This document shows, in pieces, positions 19,313-27,368 of a stretch of DNA of 64,000 nucleotides (the stretch's first letter is position 1; each line of letters starts with the position of its first letter). Under the pieces are notes generated by a model. The model had not been told where the DNA came from, searched no databases, and was given only the letters and a program-made list of their open reading frames with translations. Both the position numbers and the translations under genes were made by a program. This DNA is from a virus (lineage: Duplodnaviria; Caudoviricetes), in the IMG/VR virus record IMGVR_UViG_2974531088_000001, positions 6,708-70,707 of that record. One strand, 5' to 3'.

Positions 19313-20964
19313 CAACAGCACTGCAGGAACGATTCCTGAACGGCGCCGCCGGCAACTACTACGACCCGGACGGCGTGTATGCGTTCCAGTGCGTGGACAC
19401 CGCCATTGCCTACGCCATGGCGTGTTACCCGGACACCCACTGGGAAACCACGTTTGGCCGCGGCAACGCCAAGGACCATTACCCCAAGTCCAACGCCTAC
19501 TTTGATTCCATCCCCAACGTGGTGGGCGACCTGAACAGCTTCCCGCAGCGCGGTGACATTGTGGTGTGGGGCGGCGACAATCTGAACCCCTACGGCCACA
19601 TTGCCGTGGTTCTGTGGGCTGACGGTTATAGCATGCGTGTGCTGCAACAGAACGCTGACGGTTCGGCGCGGCTGCCTACGCAAATAGCAACGGTGAGCTA
19701 CGTCATTCCGGGCGCTGGCGGCGTCGTTGGCTGGCTGCGTCCCAAGGTGTCCGGCACCGTCGCGACCCCGGCCCCGGCCCCGTCCGGCTACCTCAACGGC
19801 ATCGACGTTTCCATGCACCAGGGCACGGCGTTGAGCTTCGCCGCAACAGGTGCGCAGTTCGTCGGCATCAAGGCCACTGAGGGTGTCGGATACACGGATC
19901 CTCAGTACGTCGCGAATGTCGCCAAGGCGCGCCGCGAGGGCTTGCCCATCATGCACTACCACTTCGCGCGCCCGTTCGCCGCTGACGGCAACACCGCCAC
20001 GGCGGAAGCTGACTGGTTCCTTTCCGTGGTCCGGCCCCAGATTGGCCCGGACGACATTCTTGTCCTGGACTTCGAGGCCGAGAACACCCACCGCACGGAT
20101 TGGGCCAACGACTTCCTGGACCTCGTGCACGCCAACACGGAAAAGCGCCCGTGGCTGTACGCCAACCAGACGGTGGCCAATCAGGGCGGGTGGGATGCCG
20201 TCAAGGCAAAGTATCCGCTGTGGTGCGCCCGTTACCCGTCCCCGGGTATTCAGTCCTGGACCCCGCTTAATGCGGCGCCGTCCGTTCCGGGCTGGAACTT
20301 GGTTATGTGGCAGTATTCGCAGACGGGCCGGTTGCCCGGTTACGGCGGCGACCTTGACCTGAATGTCTTCTACGGCGACCGCGGCGCGTGGCAGGTTCTT
20401 GCTGCTGGTGGCAACTTCATTGCCCCGGTTCCTCCGGTCAGCGTCACCCCGCCTGTTGGCGGCACGGCGACACAGTGCATTGTGGACCCGGGCGACACTC
20501 TGAGCTCCATAGCTGCACAGTTCGGCGTTGACCTTTCGGCCCTTATCAAGGCCAACCCGGGAATCAACCCTGACCTGATCTACCCGGGTCAGGTCTTGAA
20601 CCTCCCGGGCGGTGGTCCGCTGTCCGTGCCGGGTGCTGTCAGCCAGTGCATTGTTGACGCCGGGGACACGCTCGCGGGTATCGCTGACCAGTTCGGCGTT
20701 GACCTCAACGCGCTGGTGTCCCTCAACGGCATCATCAACCCGGACCTGATCTTCCCGGGCCAGTTGCTCAACCTGCCGGCGCAAGCTGCTGTGGCCCCGG
20801 CCCCGGCACCCGCCCCGGCTGTTCGACAGGTGGTGGTTGACCCGGGCGACACCTTGGGCGGCATTGCCACTCAGTTTGGCGTCAACGTGGGCGACCTGGC
20901 CCGTGTCAACGGAATTACCAACCCGGACTATATCCAGGCCGGTCAAGTTCTCAACCTCCCGTAA
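19309..20964 (+). CDS. Endolysin: CHAP + GH25 muramidase + 3 LysM
   Basis: QCVD…GDIVVW…YGHIAVV (CHAP); GIDVSMHQG…IKATEG…LDFE…WQYS…DLDLNVF (GH25); three VDPGDTL…NPDLI.PGQ.LNLP repeats. Confidence 0.92.
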   Translation: MTTALQERFLNGAAGNYYDPDGVYAFQCVDTAIAYAMACYPDTHWETTFGRGNAKDHYPKSNAYFDSIPNVVGDLNSFPQRGDIVVWGGDNLNPYGHIAVVLWADGYSMRVLQQNADGSARLPTQIATVSYVIPGAGGVVGWLRPKVSGTVATPAPAPSGYLNGIDVSMHQGTALSFAATGAQFVGIKATEGVGYTDPQYVANVAKARREGLPIMHYHFARPFAADGNTATAEADWFLSVVRPQIGPDDILVLDFEAENTHRTDWANDFLDLVHANTEKRPWLYANQTVANQGGWDAVKAKYPLWCARYPSPGIQSWTPLNAAPSVPGWNLVMWQYSQTGRLPGYGGDLDLNVFYGDRGAWQVLAAGGNFIAPVPPVSVTPPVGGTATQCIVDPGDTLSSIAAQFGVDLSALIKANPGINPDLIYPGQVLNLPGGGPLSVPGAVSQCIVDAGDTLAGIADQFGVDLNALVSLNGIINPDLIFPGQLLNLPAQAAVAPAPAPAPAVRQVVVDPGDTLGGIATQFGVNVGDLARVNGITNPDYIQAGQVLNLP

Positions 20965-20978
20965 GGAATAAATAAATC

Positions 20979-21434
20979 ATGATTGTTTTCGACATTCCCC
21001 AGTGGCAGTTCTTTGTCCAACTGTTCGGCGGCACCGTCATGACGCTGCTGGTGGGTCTTGTGACCACGCGCGTGACGGCTTCCAGCACGCGCGCCCTCCT
21101 GTTGGCGGCGCTGTCGGTCCTATCGTCCATCGTTACCGAGCTTGTGGCGGCGCTACAGACCAACACGCCCTATAACTTGGGCACCGCGCTGGCGTTCGGC
21201 CTCTTGACGTTCCTTGTGGCCGTTGGCACTCACTATGGCTTGCTGAAACACACCAGCCTTGAAACCGCCGCACAGAACACCCTTGTGACCGCTTCCCCCG
21301 CTGAGGTCCGCGCCCATGAGCAAGCTCAAGCCCTGGAACTGCTGGCAAAGGCTGGCGTGAAGACCACGGAAACCGCTGCTGAGGACGCCCCCGCTTTGTC
21401 GGTCAAGTACGTGCCCTTGCACCGCAAAGAGTAG
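20979..21434 (+). CDS. Holin
   Basis: Three TM segments; directly follows the endolysin. Confidence 0.75.
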   Translation: MIVFDIPQWQFFVQLFGGTVMTLLVGLVTTRVTASSTRALLLAALSVLSSIVTELVAALQTNTPYNLGTALAFGLLTFLVAVGTHYGLLKHTSLETAAQNTLVTASPAEVRAHEQAQALELLAKAGVKTTETAAEDAPALSVKYVPLHRKE

Positions 21435-21443
21435 CTAGACGCG

Positions 21444-21478
21444 AGAAAGCCCCCACCAAACGGTGGGGGCTTTCTTGT
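21444..21478. terminator. Bidirectional intrinsic terminator
   Basis: AGAAAGCCCCCACC-aaac-GGTGGGGGCTTTCT between convergent genes. Confidence 0.9.
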
Positions 21479-21486
21479 GTCCGGGT

Positions 21487-21693
21487 TTAGTTCGTGTTGA
21501 CGGTGGCTTGAACGGTGGCCAGCAAATGGGAGTAGTCCCCGCTGGTGGCTTCCTTTTGGAAGGCGTCTATGTCTTCCTTGGGGATGCCCTCCCGCCGCAT
21601 GGCTTTCATGGCGCGGCCCACGATCATGAAGCCGTTACCGTCTTCACCGAGCAAGGGAACGTGGACCTTGGGGAACTTAGGCGTTGCGGTCAA
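21487..21693 (-). CDS. Small conserved-looking phage protein (…LLGEDGNGFMIVG…EATSGDYSHLL…)
   Basis: TTG start with a GAAAGG RBS; last gene of the inverted cassette. Confidence 0.7.
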   Translation of the reverse strand: MTATPKFPKVHVPLLGEDGNGFMIVGRAMKAMRREGIPKEDIDAFQKEATSGDYSHLLATVQATVNTN

Positions 21694-21850
21694 TGGTCTG
21701 CCTTTCGAGTACGGCCCCACCTATTTGGTAAGTGCCAAAGTTGAAGCGTTGGGCCTTGCGGTTGCAGTAAAAGCACTTGTTCAGCGTGCCTTGGGTGGTC
21801 ACTATGAAGTAGTGGCCGGGGACGCTGCAGGGGCTTTTCAGTTGCCCCAC
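21677..21850 (-). CDS. 57-aa putative Zn-binding protein (CSVPGH…CFYC)
   Basis: Read by hand; fills the gap between neighbours; not in the ORF track. Confidence 0.5.
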   Translation of the reverse strand: MGQLKSPCSVPGHYFIVTTQGTLNKCFYCNRKAQRFNFGTYQIGGAVLERQTIDRNA

Positions 21851-22146
21851 GTCGTCACCGTGTCGGTGGCCTCAACTTGGAGTATCTGACGCACGCCGTC
21901 CACTTCCAGCCCCCAGCGGTCCCCCAACGGGTAGCTGGCTGTGACGGTCAGGGGTTTGTTGGGTGAGTCCGTGGTGAAAATCTTGTCACCGGGGATGATT
22001 TCGCTGGCGGTCTTGGTGCTTTTCATGGTGGTGCCTTTCGGTTCGTTGTGGCGGTTCTTTTGAGCGAGGTCATAGCGGATAGCTGAGGGAATGCGGATCC
22101 CGACGAAAACGAGAGCAACGAGCATGACGATTACGAGGGCGTGCAC
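21838..22146 (-). CDS. Hypothetical protein; N-terminal TM segment, second in-frame start at 22026
   Basis: Internal GCCACAACGAA…GAAAGG-N7-ATG. Confidence 0.6.
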   Translation of the reverse strand: MHALVIVMLVALVFVGIRIPSAIRYDLAQKNRHNEPKGTTMKSTKTASEIIPGDKIFTTDSPNKPLTVTASYPLGDRWGLEVDGVRQILQVEATDTVTTWGN

Positions 22147-22149
22147 GGC

Positions 22150-22458
22150 TTAGACCTCCACTTGCCATGTGTGGCGGTCATTGGATTGCACTTGCCATGT
22201 GGGGTTGCCGTCCCCGTCGCGTCCGCACCAACTGACCGGGAAGTTAGCGGCGGCGGCTTCCTCCGGGTTCAGGACGGTGCCCACGGACCAAAACACCAAC
22301 GGCGGGTGACCCTCACGCTTGAGGTCTTCCTCTTGCCCGTAGGCGGGTGCGCTTTTTACCTCATTGAGGCGGACCCGCAGCTGCCAAGTGTGCACAATGT
22401 CGCCGGTCTTGAGTTCGGAAGCTTTGCGGGGTTCGGTCTTGAAATCAGCGGTGGTCAT
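22150..22458 (-). CDS. Hypothetical SH3-like protein (KASELKTGD)
   Basis: ATG 22458 with AAGGA RBS and the GCCACAAC leader motif. Confidence 0.7.
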   Translation of the reverse strand: MTTADFKTEPRKASELKTGDIVHTWQLRVRLNEVKSAPAYGQEEDLKREGHPPLVFWSVGTVLNPEEAAAANFPVSWCGRDGDGNPTWQVQSNDRHTWQVEV

Positions 22459-22495
22459 GTCCGTGGTCCTTAGTGTTGTGGCGGGGCGGGGCGAG

Positions 22496-22975
22496 CTACG
22501 GGCGGGGTTCGACGTAGTAGCTGATCTTGTAGTCCGATTCGAGGCGAGCGTAACCGTCTGCGATTTCGTCAGCTTCCTTGCGGGTTGCAATGCCGGTTTC
22601 ACATTCCCAAGTGTTGAAAGTCAGGGTGTTTTCGCCCATGACCCGGAACGTTTCCGTGGCGTCTTCCGTGGTTTCGCCCTTGTGCTCCCGGTAGGCGGCG
22701 GCGGCGGCTTTGGCAATGTCAGCGGCAGCGGTTCCGGGTTCGATCCACACGGCGTCGCCGTCTTCCCAAACGTCGCCGTTGTCGTCGGTGGTGTAGAAAC
22801 CGTAGCTGAGTTCTTCCGTATCGAAACCTTCGCCAATGACGCCCGGGCCAACCTGCATGCGGCCACCGTCAACAACGAGGGTTGCGCAGCCGCCGCCCGT
22901 GTCTTCTACGGTGCCGTTGATGCCCTCAGCCTTGAAGGCTTCAATGAGTTCGTTGAAGGTGATTGCGGTGGTCAT
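22496..22975 (-). CDS. Acidic early protein
   Basis: First gene after a sigmaA promoter, with a strong RBS. Confidence 0.8.
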   Translation of the reverse strand: MTTAITFNELIEAFKAEGINGTVEDTGGGCATLVVDGGRMQVGPGVIGEGFDTEELSYGFYTTDDNGDVWEDGDAVWIEPGTAAADIAKAAAAAYREHKGETTEDATETFRVMGENTLTFNTWECETGIATRKEADEIADGYARLESDYKISYYVEPRP

Positions 22976-23012
22976 GGCGTCCTCTTTCGTTGTGGCTAAC
23001 TACTACATAAAG

Positions 23013-23042
23013 AATGTAGCACCCCACTACAGAACTATGCAA
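23013..23042 (-). promoter_or_regulatory. SigmaA-type promoter with palindromic operator
   Basis: TTGCAT-N18-TACATT; TGTAG-N7-CTACA at 23015-23031. Confidence 0.8.
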
Positions 23043-23256
23043 CCCGCTTGTGAAATCCGCCCGGTTTTCCGGTCCGCTGGACGTGATCAATGAAGGGGTG
23101 GATTGTGTCAGGCTTCCACGCCGGGGAATGGCTCACCTCATAGTCGGGGGTGGGCATGTTGCCGCGCATCTTCCAAGCGCGCACGGTCTTGACCTCTACC
23201 TTGAGCAGGTTGGCAATTTCGCTGTAGCCAATCAGGCGAACAGGTTTCTTGGGCAT
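23035..23256 (-). CDS. HTH DNA-binding protein (MerR/AlpA/excisionase-like)
   Basis: LIGYSEIANLLKVEVKTVRAWKMRGNMPTPD…PAW; GGAGG RBS. Confidence 0.8.
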   Translation of the reverse strand: MPKKPVRLIGYSEIANLLKVEVKTVRAWKMRGNMPTPDYEVSHSPAWKPDTIHPFIDHVQRTGKPGGFHKRVA

Positions 23257-23324
23257 GTGGCCCCTCCAATGCATAGTTGTGGTCCTATCAGCGTAGCGCC
23301 TTGCTACAACCACCCGCAACGGCC

Positions 23325-23360
23325 CCCATCCCCCAACGCCCGGGCGCTGGCTGCCATGAT
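23325..23360 (+). promoter_or_regulatory. Late-type promoter, leaderless
   Basis: CCCATCCCCCA-N19-CATGAT-N7-ATG(23368). Confidence 0.6.
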
Positions 23361-23367
23361 TGGCCTC

Positions 23368-23709
23368 ATGGCTAATGGCGTACTCTCTTTCCCGTTCCGG
23401 CTGAACGCAGACGGCACCGCCGCAACTGTGGGCTACGGCGCGGACGGCGAGGTGGACGAAGCTATCGCGGTGCTGGTCCTCACCCACCTTGGGGAACGGC
23501 TCATGCACCCCAGCTTTGGCGTGCCTGACCCCGCCTTTGCCGGGTTGGACGTGGGAGACATTCAAGTGGGGCTAGACCAGTACGGCCCCGCTGGAATCAC
23601 GATTCAATCAGTGACCCAAGAACCCGTAGACGGGACAGACCAGGTTGTCCGCGCCGTTGTGGCGTGGCGGCGCAACTCAGACGGAACAGGAAACAGTAAC
23701 AATGGCTGA
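23368..23709 (+). CDS. Baseplate wedge protein (gp25/W-like)
   Basis: LSFPFRL…IAVLVLTHLGERLMHPSFGVPDP. Confidence 0.88.
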   Translation: MANGVLSFPFRLNADGTAATVGYGADGEVDEAIAVLVLTHLGERLMHPSFGVPDPAFAGLDVGDIQVGLDQYGPAGITIQSVTQEPVDGTDQVVRAVVAWRRNSDGTGNSNNG

Positions 23710-24823
23710 CGTGCCCGAATATGAGGCGTTGAACCTACTCAACTTTGGAACCGAACCGGACATTGTGAGCGCCGGGACGGCCTACGCCATGGCCGCGCTG
23801 CCCGAATGGCAGCCCCGGGCCGGGAATACTGAAATGGTCCTCATGGAATCCCTGGCTGTGATGCTGGGGCCGGAAATCATGGCCATTCAGATGCTGCCCG
23901 GGCAGATCGTGGAACAGTTGATGAAGCTCTACGGTGTAGCACGCAGCGAGGGCGCGCCCGTGCTTGGCCGCGCCTTGTTCACCGTGACCAACAGCGCCCC
24001 GACGCAGGTTATCCCCGCTGGCACCCGGCTGCGTCTGCCCATCCCGGGCACGGGCGAAACCGTGGATTTCCTCACGCAGGATGAACTCCAAATCATCACG
24101 TCTGAGACGCTGACCGGACAGGTGGACGTGTACGCCGAATACTTGGGGCCGGTGGGCAACTCCACCCCGGCCAACACGGTGCTTGACGTGGTAGACACGC
24201 TGCCGTTCGTTGAGTCGGTCAAGACGGTGGGCGTCATGTCCGGGGGCGCTGGCCCGGAAGTCGACCAGGAGTTCCAAGGGCGAGCTTCCGCAACGCTCGC
24301 GCGCCTGACTTCCACCCTTGTGCTGCCGGAATCCTTCCAGTACGCCGCCGCGTCACGCCCGGAAGTTGGCCGCGCCAAGGTCTTTGACCTCTACAACCCG
24401 GCCCAACCGCTGGTGAACCCCGCCGTGGGCCATGTGACCGTGGCCCTGGCCGGAAAGAATGGCGAGGTGCTGCCCCCGGCGACGACGGCGGACATTGCCG
24501 CGTGGCTGGCCGGTCAGGCGTTGAGCTCGCTCAAGGTCAACGTCATTGACCCCACTTACACCACGGTAAATATCACCGTGAGCGTCAAGCCCTCCATTGG
24601 GTTCACGACGGCGCAAGTCCAGGCGTCCGTTATCGCCGTCCTGACCGAGTGGCTGAACCCCAAGACGTGGGACTGGAACCCGGTAGTGGGCCAGTACGCC
24701 ATTGCGGCAAAGGTTGGCGCTGCTGCCGGTGTTGGTGAAGTGGTCAGCGTCCCGGCCAACATTGCCCTTGCTGGCAAGGCGCCGCTGCCGAACGTCGGCA
24801 CCATCACCGTGAACGTGGTCTAG
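23702..24823 (+). CDS. Baseplate J-like protein
   Basis: …IPAGTRL…GGAGPEVDQEF…TLVLPESFQYAA…GHVTVAL…. Confidence 0.88.
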   Translation: MADVPEYEALNLLNFGTEPDIVSAGTAYAMAALPEWQPRAGNTEMVLMESLAVMLGPEIMAIQMLPGQIVEQLMKLYGVARSEGAPVLGRALFTVTNSAPTQVIPAGTRLRLPIPGTGETVDFLTQDELQIITSETLTGQVDVYAEYLGPVGNSTPANTVLDVVDTLPFVESVKTVGVMSGGAGPEVDQEFQGRASATLARLTSTLVLPESFQYAAASRPEVGRAKVFDLYNPAQPLVNPAVGHVTVALAGKNGEVLPPATTADIAAWLAGQALSSLKVNVIDPTYTTVNITVSVKPSIGFTTAQVQASVIAVLTEWLNPKTWDWNPVVGQYAIAAKVGAAAGVGEVVSVPANIALAGKAPLPNVGTITVNVV

Positions 24824-24832
24824 GGGGCTTCC

Positions 24833-26689
24833 GTGGCAATTCTTCGCAACAGCAACACCAACCCGGACATGGTGGGCAGCAACGGCACTACCACCGTCCT
24901 GACCAACTTTGTGGGCAACTCCCGTGGCCCCGCCACGACCTATTGGAGCGTGTCCCCGGGCGTCGGTGGTTCGGCCACCCGTGAGGCCATTCTGGTGGGT
25001 GGCCCGGACCCGCTCATGCCGGAAGGCGGCGGGTTCATCCGGTACACCCAGACCGTGGCGAACACTGGCGGAAGCTGTGGCGCCTACTACCGGGACACCG
25101 CAGCGCTGACCCCTGGACTGGCCGGGGATACCCGTTATTGGCAAGCGTGGGTTCGGCCCTCAGTCACCCGGTCCTTTCGCATGTCCGGCGCGTTCAAGGA
25201 CAACGCCGCGGCGGACATTACGACGGGCACGGGCGTGTTCCAGGAATGCCCCGCCGGCGAATGGACCCCGCTTCCGGCGCTGGCGATCACCGCAACAGGC
25301 GACTATGTGAAGCTGCAAGCGTGGCCGGTCACGGTTGGCCCCATTGCCGCTGGCGAGACTTTCGACGTGGTTACTTGGGTCACCCAAGCCCCGTGGCCGT
25401 TGTTTGACGGCTACACACCCAACAACGACGAGTTCAGCACCTCATGGGTGGGCAGCCCCGGGGTGTCCCTCACGACGCTGACGGCCAACACGGTCACGGG
25501 CATGAGCAACAGCGCTGGCACGGGCGGCGCTATGCGCGTGTGGCAATCCCTTGACGCTCCGATGAACTCAAGCCGGTCTATGAAGTCGCTGCAAACCGTG
25601 GCGAGCACGGGCGGGTCCGCTGGCATCATCCACCAAAGCAACATTGGCGGCGTGGCCGGGGAAGTGAGGTCGGCCAGCTATTGGGTGAAGTACAACAAAG
25701 ACCGCTACGTCCGCCCCCTATTCCGGCTGCGCAACGGCTCAACCTTGGTGTCTACGGACATTCCAGGCAACACGGTGTTTATCCCGGCGAACACTTGGGG
25801 TGAACTCAAGGTTGAGGGCGTCGTCGCGAATCAGGACTACACCAACATTCAGGTGTGGCCATGGATTCAAGCCCCAACGGGCACCCTGGACGTGGGCGAC
25901 ACCATGCAGTTGGCGCGCATCCTCATTACGGACGGCGACAAGCTGCCCCCGGACGGCTGGTGGGACGGCGACGAACCCGGCAGCGGCAAATACGTGTTTA
26001 AGTGGGACGGTGAGCCGAACGCGTCCACCTCCACACGCATGGACCGGCTGGACCTGATCCACTGGTGGACCCGTTTCTGGTACGGGTTCTTGCCGGTGGC
26101 CTACCGGGAAATTGATGCCGTGACGCAGCCCGAAAACGGGGCGTTCCCCATGCTGAGGTTCATGGACGGCGCGGGGCAGATTGCGGGGCAAGGGCGCGAC
26201 CTGTCAGACCTCATGCGCAGCGGTGCATTCATGGACCCGGCCACCACGCCGGACTACGCCGTGCGCTGGCTTGCGCAGCTTATGGGCGTCAACGCGAAAC
26301 AGCGAGCCATTGACGTGCCGGCGCTGCGTGCCTACATGCTGGACCTTGTGGCGTCCGGGCGTCCCGCCGTGGGCACCACCCAAAGCATTGTGGACGCCGC
26401 CAAGCGGTTCCTGATTGGTGATCGACAGGTAACGGTGATCCCGTCCCCCACGGTGGCCCACACCATTTTGGTGCTGGCTCGCGCCGATGAAGTGCCAGGA
26501 TCGTTGGCCACGCTGGTGACGCAGATTAGGTCTACGGGCGTTATCCCGGCTGGCCACAACCTCGTGGCACAGTACGCCACAGCCACGTGGGACCAGTACG
26601 AGGCCGCAGCCGGGGCCACCTGGTCCGTGGCAGATGCCAACCAGCCCACATGGCGTGCGTCCGAAAGTCTTGGAATCACACTGGAATGA
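24833..26689 (+). CDS. Baseplate wedge (P2 gpI-like C-terminus) with two N-terminal carbohydrate-binding-like repeats
   Basis: C-terminal LPVAYREID…DPATTPDYAVRWLAQLMGV; N-terminal duplicated beta-sandwich-like units. Confidence 0.7.
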   Translation: MAILRNSNTNPDMVGSNGTTTVLTNFVGNSRGPATTYWSVSPGVGGSATREAILVGGPDPLMPEGGGFIRYTQTVANTGGSCGAYYRDTAALTPGLAGDTRYWQAWVRPSVTRSFRMSGAFKDNAAADITTGTGVFQECPAGEWTPLPALAITATGDYVKLQAWPVTVGPIAAGETFDVVTWVTQAPWPLFDGYTPNNDEFSTSWVGSPGVSLTTLTANTVTGMSNSAGTGGAMRVWQSLDAPMNSSRSMKSLQTVASTGGSAGIIHQSNIGGVAGEVRSASYWVKYNKDRYVRPLFRLRNGSTLVSTDIPGNTVFIPANTWGELKVEGVVANQDYTNIQVWPWIQAPTGTLDVGDTMQLARILITDGDKLPPDGWWDGDEPGSGKYVFKWDGEPNASTSTRMDRLDLIHWWTRFWYGFLPVAYREIDAVTQPENGAFPMLRFMDGAGQIAGQGRDLSDLMRSGAFMDPATTPDYAVRWLAQLMGVNAKQRAIDVPALRAYMLDLVASGRPAVGTTQSIVDAAKRFLIGDRQVTVIPSPTVAHTILVLARADEVPGSLATLVTQIRSTGVIPAGHNLVAQYATATWDQYEAAAGATWSVADANQPTWRASESLGITLE

Positions 26690-26690
26690 G

Positions 26691-26720
26691 TTGGTAAAAC
26701 CTCTACCCACCCCCTATAGT
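26691..26720 (+). promoter_or_regulatory. SigmaA-type promoter
   Basis: TTGGTA-N18-TATAGT. Confidence 0.65.
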
Positions 26721-26767
26721 CTTTGGAAGACCCCCGGGGCTATATTGGGGGTAGGGGTTGAGGCAGC

Positions 26768-26807
26768 AAAAAGCCCCCGCGTCGATTGCTCGACGCAGGG
26801 GCTTTTT
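26768..26807. terminator. Intrinsic terminator (A-tract/U-tract on both sides)
   Basis: AAAAAGCCCCCGCGTCG-attgct-CGACGCAGGGGCTTTTT. Confidence 0.85.
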
Positions 26808-26908
26808 CAGTAATCGCCACAACTACTGGTGTCAGTCTATCAGCGGCACCACAAGATATGCCCTCGGAAGTATCGCCACATACAACTACAGAGAAAGGCC
26901 AATAGGCC

Positions 26909-27154
26909 ATGTTGAAGTTCCGCAATGCGCTGGCGCGTTTCGCCGCCTGGTTCGCCGGCAATCCACCTGTTCACACGCCCCCGGCGCCGCCCAAGACCCG
27001 GCTGGAAGAGCTCCACGACCAGCGCATGGAAAAGGTCTATGCCCGGGCCATGGCTGCGCTTGAGTCCCGGCCCAAGGACATGACCGACAAAGACCGGCTG
27101 ATTTTCGCGCGCTCCATCGTCAACATGCTGGAAAGGAACGTCCATGCGAGTTGA
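26909..27154 (+). CDS. Hypothetical protein
   Basis: RBS GAAAGG; coupled to the next gene. Confidence 0.65.
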   Translation: MLKFRNALARFAAWFAGNPPVHTPPAPPKTRLEELHDQRMEKVYARAMAALESRPKDMTDKDRLIFARSIVNMLERNVHAS

Positions 27155-27368
27155 GTTGATCGGCGGACCCGCTGACGGCACCAAGTTTGAGTTGGCGGAC
27201 GACCTGCAAGCGTTCCACGTCCCGTGCACCGTGGTAACTGACAACCCCGCGTTTCAGTCCAAGGAAATCGGCCCGGGCTTCCCGTGCGTCGCTACCTACG
27301 CCCTTTTCCAGACCCTTGCGAACGGCACCCGGATTTTCCGGCTGTCCGGGATTCACAGCAAAGCATGA
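27144..27368 (+). CDS. Hypothetical protein (IGGPADG motif)
   Basis: The GGP.DG motif is common in small actinophage proteins. Confidence 0.7.
   Translation: MRVELIGGPADGTKFELADDLQAFHVPCTVVTDNPAFQSKEIGPGFPCVATYALFQTLANGTRIFRLSGIHSKA

Noticed and set aside
26440-26475. CCCGTCCCCCA inside the baseplate gene
   Set aside because: The hexamer at +30 is GGTGCT and no gene start follows; probably a chance match, and a useful negative control.
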